This document shows positions 8,967 to 18,084 of a DNA stretch of 57,863 nt, one piece after another. The stretch covers positions 1-57,863 of the forward strand of contig CABWZY010000005.1 in the NCBI GenBank assembly GCA_902510055.1, read 5' to 3'. Position numbers and translations under genes: made by a program. The notes under the pieces are model-generated. The model had not been told where the DNA came from, did no database searches, and worked only from the letters and a program-made list of their open reading frames with translations. The stretch is from an uncultured Candidatus Actinomarina sp. (lineage in GTDB: Bacteria > Actinomycetota > Acidimicrobiia > Actinomarinales > Actinomarinaceae). The first letter of the stretch is position 1; each line of letters begins with the position of its first letter.

Positions 8967-9420
8967 CTATATTCCAATTTTCTTCGTATGTATTTGTCAA
9001 AATAGCGAAATAGTCTTTGAAAACCTTGTCTTTCATGTTTTTATTTTGAATTTCAATAAAAGCAAGTATGAGGAGAACAACTAACCAATTTGGAGGTTCT
9101 CCATGAAAGAAGTTGTGACTTCGATCCAAACCAAAAAGTGTATAGAAAAAATAAATAATAGGAGCAAGGATTGAAGAAACCAATAACCTATAAAGGTGTG
9201 AAAACGAATAAAACATTCGAGATGCAAGAAATACGAGTATGGCAAGGGCTGCATGAATACCAAGCATTTTTAATAATACAATTGGCAGGTAAAACTCTAC
9301 TGGTGGTTTATTACCGAAGAAGATTAGTAGGTAGCCAGGATCATAAGTTAAATAGATGCTCAAATTTAGGCCTAATGTAATAATGAGTAGTCTTAAAATG
9401 TTATATTGTTTTTTTTCCAT
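8956..9420 (-). CDS. Hypothetical membrane protein (~4 TM)
   Basis: Several hydrophobic segments; ATG at 9420 preferred (track starts at 9429). Confidence 0.6.
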   Translation of the reverse strand: MEKKQYNILRLLIITLGLNLSIYLTYDPGYLLIFFGNKPPVEFYLPIVLLKMLGIHAALAILVFLASRMFYSFSHLYRLLVSSILAPIIYFFYTLFGLDRSHNFFHGEPPNWLVVLLILAFIEIQNKNMKDKVFKDYFAILTNTYEENWNIDEY

Positions 9421-9447
9421 GATTAACAATATAACTTTGACCTATGA

Positions 9448-9479
9448 CAAAAAAGACTCAGTTGCCTGAGTCTTTTTTG
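9448..9479. terminator. Perfect 14-bp hairpin, bidirectional intrinsic terminator-like
   Basis: caaaaaagactcag-ttgc-ctgagtcttttttg with A/T tracts on both sides. Confidence 0.75.
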
Positions 9480-9581
9480 CGTAAGTTGGTAATTATTTGC
9501 CCTGCACCTAGTGACTGAAAACTCATCTTATAAAAGTAGTACGACAGAAAAGTGTCATAAGGAGTTAGTAAATTATTAATT

Positions 9582-9845
9582 ATGGAAGAAGAACAAAAAG
9601 AAATACTCGACGGAGTAATTATCGATTTAACAAAGATAGGAGACTTAGAAAGAGAACTCTTTGCTGGTGCTTTTGAAGACATTCTTCAAAAATTTCCAGG
9701 TAACGACAAAATTTCATTTAAGTTGTTTACAAATCATCCCAGTCATGAAGAGCCTATAATGAATATAGCTACATGTGACGATGGAGAGGTAGATGCTAAT
9801 AATCCAGAATTATATGAATATATATTTAACTTAATTCATGAATAG
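9582..9845 (+). CDS. Hypothetical acidic protein (87 aa)
   Basis: Clean ORF overlapping the next gene's start. Confidence 0.6.
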   Translation: MEEEQKEILDGVIIDLTKIGDLERELFAGAFEDILQKFPGNDKISFKLFTNHPSHEEPIMNIATCDDGEVDANNPELYEYIFNLIHE

Positions 9846-10845
9846 ATCGAAATTTTTTTATTGGAACAAATTATCTCTTTTTCTAATAATTTTTCTTTCA
9901 TCCTGTGTAGAAAATCAAGTTGTTGAAGAATCTGCAATAACTACAACTACTTCTATTGAAATAGTAAGTAATACAACCTCAACTACGACAACACTTGATA
10001 CCTACCAACTTCAACCTATTTTTTTGGAATGGTATGTTCAAAACAGTGTGAATGGATATATTAACTTAACTGAAGAAGAGGTAGAGAAAACTATTACATT
10101 ACATAGAAAATGGCCTAGTTATTTTGAGTGGAATGAATCTGAATGTTATATCAAAGACAGCGGGACAACACAAGAAGCATTGCTTGATGAGTTTTTTCCG
10201 GTAATTTATGAAAATGATTGGTATTTTGATACAAGCTACATAGTTACAAATGATGATAATGAGTATGTTTACTGGCTTGATATTGGTTATTATTGTGCAT
10301 TAAAAAGTGATACTGCAGAATATAGAGATTTCACACCACTGTATGGGAAACCATTCTACCAAAACAATAAATGGTGGATATTTGAAGTTAAAAACTCTCT
10401 TGATCTAACAGGATATTCGGAATCACGTGTTCCTGGAATGTATGCAACCTGGGGTACAAGAGTAGAGCTAGAAGATTTTGAAAAAACATATGATGAGTGG
10501 ATAACAAATTCAATTAGTCCAGAAATTGTATTTGGTAATTGTCCAGAAGAGACTGTTACTGAAAAATCTTTTGAGCTTTCTTGGGATATAGTTGCAGGTA
10601 ACTCAGATATAGATTATGTTTTTATAGTTTTTGAAAAAAATGGTGAGTATGAAACAAGGGCTTACTTTGAGAAAGAATTCAATGAAGACATATTTCCATT
10701 TCCTTTAGCTAATACTCGAGGAGAGTTTGGTCAATTAGTCTCTAACTCTGATGAAGGTATAACAAACTATGTTGTTTCTTTCGAAGTAACTGACGAGTTA
10801 AATAATAGAACTCGCAGTAGCTGCGAAATTACTTTTGATAATTAA
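9838..10845 (+). CDS. Putative lipoprotein with Thr-rich linker
   Basis: Signal peptide with lipobox FLSSC, followed by TTTTS...TTSTTTT. Confidence 0.75.
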   Translation: MNRSKFFYWNKLSLFLIIFLSSCVENQVVEESAITTTTSIEIVSNTTSTTTTLDTYQLQPIFLEWYVQNSVNGYINLTEEEVEKTITLHRKWPSYFEWNESECYIKDSGTTQEALLDEFFPVIYENDWYFDTSYIVTNDDNEYVYWLDIGYYCALKSDTAEYRDFTPLYGKPFYQNNKWWIFEVKNSLDLTGYSESRVPGMYATWGTRVELEDFEKTYDEWITNSISPEIVFGNCPEETVTEKSFELSWDIVAGNSDIDYVFIVFEKNGEYETRAYFEKEFNEDIFPFPLANTRGEFGQLVSNSDEGITNYVVSFEVTDELNNRTRSSCEITFDN

Positions 10846-10977
10846 ATTACTATCAAGGGTTCAGTGTTATTGAGTGATAATTTATTTAATACTATAAAAT
10901 ATAATTTTTTCTTTTATTTGTAAAAATATTTTTTTCAATTTAAATGGAATTATTTCTAATTAATTATAATAAGTCTG

Positions 10978-12915
10978 ATGAGCGGGGTTACAGGGCTTGC
11001 TAAAAGGCTTAACTTGTCTATTGAGCAAGTTACAATAATAATGAAAAAACTGGATATCCCAGTTAATTCTCCTGATTATATTCTTACAACCAAAGATGTA
11101 AAAAAAATAAAAAAATATGTAAGAAGAAATAACGGCTCTTTATTAAAAGATATATTTGTTACCTCTGTTGCAATAATGTCTTTATATTTTATGTTTACCA
11201 CAATAGGCGGCTTGATTATGAGTACACCTAATAATGAAGCATCAACACCTACAACATCAATTTTTATAAATGAGAGATCTCCAGTGCAAAGTGGAATAGT
11301 TCACTATTACTTATCATCAAACGAATGCAGGCCTGTAGATTACAGTGAGACGGATTTCTTAGTTGTTGAAAATATAAAAGTATTTTTATCTAATGAGGGG
11401 TATTACACCGGCACTATTGATGAAGTTTTTAATACAAAATTAGAGAGTAGTGTAAAAGATTTTCAAAAAGATATGGGGATAAGAATTGATGGAGTAGTTG
11501 GACCAACAACTCACAAAATGATGCAAAATTATGATTCCTGTTCTAAGACATCAAAAGTAACACTTATTACTTGTTACGGAGGAGACTATAAAGCATATTT
11601 GGAGTGTACAAGTCCATATGGAGGCTCTGCGGTAGAGGCCTCAAGTACATCCTCTCAAGATACTGAATCTCCAAAATGGGGCAGTGATTCTCTACAGCTC
11701 ACAAGAGTGAATGGAACATTTCTTGATATCCTCTGGGGTCACGTAACTGACAATAATGGAATTGATAAGCTCCACTTATATGTTGATGGAGAATTGCATT
11801 CCTCAGTTGATGGTAGTGGATGCAAAGCAAGCTGTAGTAGCACTACAAGCGAGACAAGGTTTAAAGTTACAAATTTATCAGTAGATACTTCATACGTATT
11901 TGAAGTTGTAGCTTGTGATAGTTCTGGAAACTGTTCAAAAAACAACCCAACAACTGCACAGCTACTTATTGATAAGCCACCTGTTTGGGATGATCCTAAT
12001 CCACCTGTTGTCGATAATCTAGGTACAGGATTTGATTTAACTATTCCTACTGGCTCAGTAATTGATGATCTAGGTGTAGTTTCTTATGAGGTATATGTAA
12101 ACGGTACGCTTTCCACACATACAGAGATTTCTGATTTTCATTTTTCTGTTACCCCACCATTCGATACGCATTGTGGCAAACAGGAGGTATATGTTGTAGC
12201 ATATGACACCGCTGGTCAATCTTCAAAAAGTCCTACCGTTGAATTTACTAGGAATGCCTGGGGAAGCAGTGGTTGCTCATCAGTAGCTGTTGCAACTACA
12301 ACTACAACTACAACTACAACTAATTCAATAACAAGTGCAAATAGATGGGTTATAGCTGTTATTGATGAAACTGCTGGAGCATATACTTGTGGTGGTAGTC
12401 CTCCTGTCTATAACTACAACCTCTTTCCTGGACCGATGCACAATGGTATCTGCGATGTAAATGGTGCATGGGGTGAGTTTAGAACACTATGGCCAAATAG
12501 AAAGTTTTTCTTAATAGAACCTTGGGAGAATGTAGGTGGGACCACCCAAAGTTTAACTGGGCTAGATCAATCATTATCTACTACTACTAATATAAAAATG
12601 CCTACAGCATTCGTAACAGAGGCTCAAGCTGGGGTGAAAGCAGTTTATATACAAAGTACTAGAAATACTGGCGGGACAGATTGGTGGAGTAAAATTGGTG
12701 GTAGTAGTCTTCCAAGTGGTGCAGAGGTAATTCTCTGGGTTGATAATTCAGGAAGTTTACTTTATCAATATGTTCAATCAGAATATAATGCCTTCAAAGC
12801 TGCTGCTGCAGCTGCAAATGTAACCGTGACAGAAGTTACTAATTTAACATATTTAATGGGTGGAGATCTCAAAAGAGAAGACTGGATTAATCCATTTGAT
12901 CCTGATTATCCATAA
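10978..12915 (+). CDS. Membrane-anchored multidomain protein: IF2_N-like HTH, TM, peptidoglycan-binding domain, two FN3-like domains, poly-Thr linker, vWA-like C-terminus
   Basis: VKDFQKDMGIRIDGVVGPTT (PG_binding_1); TDNNGI..Y...VTNLSVDTSYVFEVVACDSSGN and DDLGVVSYEVYVNG..VVAYDTAG (FN3); WVDNSGS. Confidence 0.75.
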   Translation: MSGVTGLAKRLNLSIEQVTIIMKKLDIPVNSPDYILTTKDVKKIKKYVRRNNGSLLKDIFVTSVAIMSLYFMFTTIGGLIMSTPNNEASTPTTSIFINERSPVQSGIVHYYLSSNECRPVDYSETDFLVVENIKVFLSNEGYYTGTIDEVFNTKLESSVKDFQKDMGIRIDGVVGPTTHKMMQNYDSCSKTSKVTLITCYGGDYKAYLECTSPYGGSAVEASSTSSQDTESPKWGSDSLQLTRVNGTFLDILWGHVTDNNGIDKLHLYVDGELHSSVDGSGCKASCSSTTSETRFKVTNLSVDTSYVFEVVACDSSGNCSKNNPTTAQLLIDKPPVWDDPNPPVVDNLGTGFDLTIPTGSVIDDLGVVSYEVYVNGTLSTHTEISDFHFSVTPPFDTHCGKQEVYVVAYDTAGQSSKSPTVEFTRNAWGSSGCSSVAVATTTTTTTTTNSITSANRWVIAVIDETAGAYTCGGSPPVYNYNLFPGPMHNGICDVNGAWGEFRTLWPNRKFFLIEPWENVGGTTQSLTGLDQSLSTTTNIKMPTAFVTEAQAGVKAVYIQSTRNTGGTDWWSKIGGSSLPSGAEVILWVDNSGSLLYQYVQSEYNAFKAAAAAANVTVTEVTNLTYLMGGDLKREDWINPFDPDYP

Positions 12916-13022
12916 ACTTTTTTACTATAACCATATCTAAATAAACAATATCTGAGTACTCCTCCATACCAGTGACATGTTGATTAACTGAAAAAACTAA
13001 ATTATTTGATTATCTTTAGAAT

Positions 13023-14477
13023 ATGGGTTCAAATAAAATACCAATAATATCGACTACTAAACTTGAAAAAGTTAAAAACTGCAATGCCTCAAACGCTAAA
13101 CCAGAGCCACGTGTTAATTCAGGAACACTGACAAGATGGGGCATTCTAAATGATGCAATAGGAGATTGGTTGAATAACGATGCTCCTGAAGAAACTGCAA
13201 TAAAAAAAGCAGAGAATGAACACTTTGGGAGCTTTGATGACCTTCAAAAGAGAATATTATCAAATATGTTTAGTGACTTTAGAGTTCTTTATCCCAAGAG
13301 GAAAGCAGAAATTGATATAGATTTTCCTAGCAAAACAGTATTTAAGGAGATTAACGGTGAAGAACATGGCATGTCTGCTTATTTTCAATATCAAGTTAGT
13401 GATAAAAATACAATTGAAAATATAAAACTAAAAATTGGAAGGCCAGATATTAATGAAATTGATAGAGCAATCTATTCGGCTGATAAATTAGACAATGAAA
13501 CCTTTTATGCGGGAGCAGTTGCAAATACAGAATTAATTGAGATTGAGGATATAGAAAATCCTCAAAATATTATTGATGATTATTTTGATATCTATGAAGA
13601 TTTTTTAGAGAATCCAAATAAAACAACTCCTGGATCGCACTGTTTAAGTAAATGTGGCAGACCTGCTGTCTGTGGTGAGTTCCCTGTAATAGGAGATGAA
13701 AAAATTAACACACGCTATCGCGGGATAACTGTATCCAAAACAAACATCAGAGATGTAGAGAAGTGTGAAAGAAAAGCCTCTTGGAATTTTCAGTATTCAA
13801 TACCAAGAGATAAAGAAGACTCTTTCAGTGGTGATTTTGGAATAACATTTCATTATGTCGCTCAAACAATGCTTGTTAATAATAACAATCGAAATGATGA
13901 AGGTGAAAAAGAGCGATTGGCATCATTAATTGAGAATGAAGATGATGATACACAAAAAAAGATATTTAAAAAATACGAAGAATTATTAGAAAAATTAAAA
14001 GGGTATGAAAATTTAGATATTACGTTATCTGAATATCCAGTAGGTTTTACACCTATAACACAAGGTCTCATTGCAAATAAAGACTTAACTGTTAAAGAAG
14101 GAAGGGTTGCGACCTCATTTATAGGTAAAGCAGATTTGCTTGGACGCTTAGATGGTGTACCAATTGTTATTGAATTAAAAACCGGTAAAAAACACCCAGG
14201 AGATTTAACAGAGGCTGAGCTTTATGCTTTAGGTGTATCGAAACGTTTAAAAGCAAAAGAAGTTATTGTTTTACATATTTATGTAAATGAAGATAAAGAT
14301 GAAGCCAATGAACGTAGATTTGGAGAAGATGAGTTCATTTCTATAGAAAAGAAGTTCGAATCCTTTGCTGAAAAAATAGCTTCCTGGAATCCAAATGATG
14401 CTTTATCTCCAAGCTACGAAGTAGGAGATTGGTGTAATTATTGCGAATTTCAAGAAACATGTGCTGAATTTAGATAA
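13023..14477 (+). CDS. PD-(D/E)XK nuclease (RecB/AddB/Cas4-like) with an internal tandem duplication
   Basis: GKADLL...IVIELKTGK...LYA active site; C-terminal WCNYCEFQETC; N-terminal half repeats the Cys pattern. Confidence 0.8.
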   Translation: MGSNKIPIISTTKLEKVKNCNASNAKPEPRVNSGTLTRWGILNDAIGDWLNNDAPEETAIKKAENEHFGSFDDLQKRILSNMFSDFRVLYPKRKAEIDIDFPSKTVFKEINGEEHGMSAYFQYQVSDKNTIENIKLKIGRPDINEIDRAIYSADKLDNETFYAGAVANTELIEIEDIENPQNIIDDYFDIYEDFLENPNKTTPGSHCLSKCGRPAVCGEFPVIGDEKINTRYRGITVSKTNIRDVEKCERKASWNFQYSIPRDKEDSFSGDFGITFHYVAQTMLVNNNNRNDEGEKERLASLIENEDDDTQKKIFKKYEELLEKLKGYENLDITLSEYPVGFTPITQGLIANKDLTVKEGRVATSFIGKADLLGRLDGVPIVIELKTGKKHPGDLTEAELYALGVSKRLKAKEVIVLHIYVNEDKDEANERRFGEDEFISIEKKFESFAEKIASWNPNDALSPSYEVGDWCNYCEFQETCAEFR

Positions 14478-14516
14478 GGTTATCTTTACAGTTTTTTTCT
14501 TAATATAATTATCTTG

Positions 14517-16766
14517 ATGGACTTATCAAGAACACCAATAGAGCTTGTTGAATCAGTATATAAATCATTAACTGAGAATATTGCAACGCTAAGAGAGAGA
14601 AAAGGAACTCCCTTAACTCTTGCAGAAAAAATTTTGTTTGGTCATGCTAAAGATCCTTCATCAATTTCATTAGAGAAGGGCGAAGACTACGGAGATTTTG
14701 CACCTGATAGAGTAGCGATGCAAGATGCAACAGCTCAGATGGCACTTTTACAATTCATGCAGGCTGGCATGGAAAAAACAGCTGTCCCATCAACTGTTCA
14801 CTGTGACCACCTTATTCAAGCACATGAAGGAGCAACTAGCGATCTAGAGGTTGCAAATAAAACACATAAGGAAGTTTTTGATTTCTTACGTTCAGCATCA
14901 CAAAAATATGGAATAGGTTTTTGGGGACCAGGAGCTGGAATCATACATCAAGTTGTTCTAGAACAGTATGCATTCCCAGGTGGAATGATGATTGGTACCG
15001 ATAGCCATACACCAAATGCTGGAGGTCTTGGAATGGTAGCCATTGGTGTTGGGGGAGCTGATGCAGTAGATGTTATGGCCGGAATGCCATTTAATACAAA
15101 AATTCCAAAATTAATTGGAGTAAAACTGACTGGATCTTTAAGTGGATGGACTTCTCCCAAAGATATAATTCTTAAAGTAGCTGAAATTTTAACTGTTAAG
15201 GGTGGAACGAATGCAATAGTTGAATATTTCGGTGAAGGAACTACTTCAATTTCAACTACAGGTAAATCAACTATTACAAATATGGGTGCAGAAATTGGAG
15301 CAACATGCTCAATTTTTCCATTTGATAGCAAAGGACAAGATTACTTAGTTTCTACTGGAAGATCAGATATTGCAGAGCTTGCAGAGACAAGGATGGATTT
15401 ATTAACTGCAGATCAAGAAGTTTTAGATGAGCCAGAAAAGTATTTCGATCAGGTTATAGAGATAGATTTAGATACTTTAGAACCACATATTGTAGGGCCT
15501 CACACACCAGATTTAGCTAGGTCAATTTCAGATTTGAAAGAAGATGTTGAAGAAAATGAGTATCCAATAAAAATTTCAAGCGCACTAATTGGTTCATGTA
15601 CAAACTCTTCTTATGAAGATATTGGTAGAGCAGCCTTTATTGCTCGAGAAGCTGCAAAGCATGGTCTTAAAGCGAAAGTTCCATTGATGGTTACTCCAGG
15701 TTCAGAACAAACAAGAGCAACTATTGAAAGAGATGGTTATTTGAAAGACCTTGAAGATATTGGGGCAACAGTATTAGCAAATGCTTGTGGTCCATGTATT
15801 GGTCAATGGAAAAGAGATGATATTAAAGAAGGAGAGAGTAACTCAATTGTTTCCTCATTTAATAGAAACTTTCCTGCACGTAATGATGGGAATGCAGAGA
15901 CGCTTTCATTTATTGGATCTCCAGAAACAGTAATAGGACTAGCACTAGGTGGAAGATTAGATTTTAACTTTTTGAGTGATACGTTAACTGATAAAGATGG
16001 AAATGAAATTTCATTAAGTCCACCGGTTGCTGATGAGTTACCTGATGCTGGATTTGAAACAACTCTTGAAGGATTTATTCAACCAGGAGAAGGTGAAGTA
16101 GATGTAGTGATCGACCCTGAATCAAATAGATTACAAGCATTAGTTCCTTTCAGTCCTTTTGAAAGTGATAATTATCATTCAATGACAGTATTAATGAAAG
16201 CAAATGGAAAATGTACAACTGATCATATTTCTCCTGCAGGAAAATGGTTGCAGTACAGAGGTCACTTAGAAAATATTTCACAAAACTTATTTATTGGAGT
16301 TAACAATGCATTTACTGAAAATGCTGGAGAAGGTATAAATCAGTTAGATAATTCAGTCATGCCTTTACCAGACATTGCAAAGTCATATCACGAAGAGGGT
16401 GTCAACTGGATAGCTGTTGGAGATGAAAATTATGGTGAAGGTTCTTCAAGAGAGCATGCTGCAATGGAACCAAGATTTAGAGGGTGTAAGGTTGTTTTAG
16501 TAAAAAGCTTTGCACGAATTCATGAAGCAAATCTTAAAAAGCAAGGCATTCTTCCACTGACATTTGAGAACAAGGAAGACTACAACTTGATTGATCAAGA
16601 AGTTAAAATAACAATAAAAAATGTAGAGGAAATTGCACCAGACGTACCAGTTGTTATATCAATAGAGAAAACTGGTGGAGAGACAAAAGATATAAAAGCT
16701 AATCACTCTCTTTCAGATGAACAAATAGAGTGGTTTAAAGCTGGTTCTGCCTTAAATTCTATATAA
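14517..16766 (+). CDS. acn: Aconitate hydratase (mitochondrial-type, ~750 aa)
   Basis: [61 protein letters not shown]. Confidence 0.95.
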   Translation: MDLSRTPIELVESVYKSLTENIATLRERKGTPLTLAEKILFGHAKDPSSISLEKGEDYGDFAPDRVAMQDATAQMALLQFMQAGMEKTAVPSTVHCDHLIQAHEGATSDLEVANKTHKEVFDFLRSASQKYGIGFWGPGAGIIHQVVLEQYAFPGGMMIGTDSHTPNAGGLGMVAIGVGGADAVDVMAGMPFNTKIPKLIGVKLTGSLSGWTSPKDIILKVAEILTVKGGTNAIVEYFGEGTTSISTTGKSTITNMGAEIGATCSIFPFDSKGQDYLVSTGRSDIAELAETRMDLLTADQEVLDEPEKYFDQVIEIDLDTLEPHIVGPHTPDLARSISDLKEDVEENEYPIKISSALIGSCTNSSYEDIGRAAFIAREAAKHGLKAKVPLMVTPGSEQTRATIERDGYLKDLEDIGATVLANACGPCIGQWKRDDIKEGESNSIVSSFNRNFPARNDGNAETLSFIGSPETVIGLALGGRLDFNFLSDTLTDKDGNEISLSPPVADELPDAGFETTLEGFIQPGEGEVDVVIDPESNRLQALVPFSPFESDNYHSMTVLMKANGKCTTDHISPAGKWLQYRGHLENISQNLFIGVNNAFTENAGEGINQLDNSVMPLPDIAKSYHEEGVNWIAVGDENYGEGSSREHAAMEPRFRGCKVVLVKSFARIHEANLKKQGILPLTFENKEDYNLIDQEVKITIKNVEEIAPDVPVVISIEKTGGETKDIKANHSLSDEQIEWFKAGSALNSI

Positions 16767-17417
16767 ATGGAAAATATTTCAGATAAGATTCAAAAGATAC
16801 GCTCAGAGTACGGAGATAAAGCTTTAGTTCTAGAAGATCTAAATAGTGACCCTATACAACAATTTGAATCTTGGTTAGCAGATGCAATTGAGGTAGAAGC
16901 GAGTGAACCAAATGCAATGGCTATTTCTACAGTAGATTCTGAAAACAACCCGAGATCACGTTATGTTTTATTTAAAAATATAGTTAATGATTCATTGGTT
17001 TTCCATACTCATTATGAAAGCTCAAAAGCTAAAGAAATTAATAACAATCCAAATGTTTCAGGGATCTTTTTCTGGCCTGAAATTTATAGACAAATTAGAT
17101 TTGAAGGTGTCGCGAGTATTGCTGACTCAAAAGTTTCTGATGAATATTTCAAATCAAGACCAAGAGGAGGGCAGCTAAGTGCATGGGCTTCTCACCAGAG
17201 TGAAGAGATTGAAGGTAGAGAGATATTAGAGGAAAGAATAAAAGAGTTAGAAAAAGAATTTGAGGGTAAAGAAATTCCAAGACCTGAATTTTGGGGTGGT
17301 TACTTGATTGATGTTCATCATTGGGAGTTTTGGCAAGGTAGAAAAAATAGAACACATGATAGGTTTTCTTATTCTAAAGTAGATACTGAATGGAAAACAG
17401 TAAGGCTATCACCATAA
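16767..17417 (+). CDS. pdxH: Pyridoxamine 5'-phosphate oxidase
   Basis: EPNAM, YFKSRPR..QLSAWAS.QS, WEFWQGR.NR.HDR, RLSP. Confidence 0.95.
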   Translation: MENISDKIQKIRSEYGDKALVLEDLNSDPIQQFESWLADAIEVEASEPNAMAISTVDSENNPRSRYVLFKNIVNDSLVFHTHYESSKAKEINNNPNVSGIFFWPEIYRQIRFEGVASIADSKVSDEYFKSRPRGGQLSAWASHQSEEIEGREILEERIKELEKEFEGKEIPRPEFWGGYLIDVHHWEFWQGRKNRTHDRFSYSKVDTEWKTVRLSP

Positions 17418-17418
17418 T

Positions 17419-18084
17419 ATGAGAAACATAAAAATTACAAAAGACTTTATCAATTCAAAAAATACATCTGTCTTATATGAGTCAGGAAACACAAAAGTAT
17501 TAATAACTGTTTCCATCTCTGACAGGCTACCTGGTTGGCTTGAAAATTCAGATTCAGGATGGCTCACTGCAGAGTACAATATGTTGCCAGGTTCTTCTGG
17601 AAATAGAGTTTCAAGAAAAGCTTATGAAGGTGGAAGGTCAAAGGAAATATCTAGATTAATTGGAAGATCGCTTAGAGCAATTTGTAATCTTAAATTACTG
17701 AATGGATATATGGTCACGGTCGATTGCGATGTTTTGGAAGCTGATGGGGGAACAAGGACCGCTTCAATTAATGGTTCCTGGATAGCTTTAAATGAAACAT
17801 TTAATAAATTGGTTGAAAATGGTGAATTAGTTCAAAATCCTTTAGAGAATCAGATAGCTGCAGTTTCTGTTGGGATAGTTGATGGAGAATATATTGTTGA
17901 TTTGGACTATGAAAATGATTCACAAGCAGAAGTTGACCTCAATTTAGTCTTGAATGACAAGTATGAAATTCTAGAAATTCAAGGTACGGCAGAAAAGAAA
18001 CCATTTTCAAAAGAAGATTTAGATAAATTATTTGAATTAACAAAAAATGAAATTAATGAAATATTTGAAGTTCAAAAAAATTAA
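17419..18084 (+). CDS. rph: Ribonuclease PH
   Basis: GWLTAEYNMLP, EISRLIGRSLR, DCDVLEADGGTRTASING. Confidence 0.95.
   Translation: MRNIKITKDFINSKNTSVLYESGNTKVLITVSISDRLPGWLENSDSGWLTAEYNMLPGSSGNRVSRKAYEGGRSKEISRLIGRSLRAICNLKLLNGYMVTVDCDVLEADGGTRTASINGSWIALNETFNKLVENGELVQNPLENQIAAVSVGIVDGEYIVDLDYENDSQAEVDLNLVLNDKYEILEIQGTAEKKPFSKEDLDKLFELTKNEINEIFEVQKN

Noticed and set aside
9458-9682. 74-aa minus-strand ORF as listed in the track
   Set aside because: Its first half is antisense to the 9582 gene; only the last 22 codons from ATG 9526 have a plausible promoter (reported as a finding).
12293-12321. ACT/ACA tandem repeat as a phase-variation tract
   Set aside because: In-frame alternating Thr codons encoding a linker; length change would not shift the frame.
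4955-13022. Integron cassette array or prophage
   Set aside because: No integrase, no convincing attC (RYYYAAC...GTTRRRY) structures, mixed gene orientation and no phage structural genes.
13023-14477. Cas4 / CRISPR-Cas system
   Set aside because: The Cys pattern is Cas4-like, but I found no cas1/cas2 or repeat-spacer array in the window.
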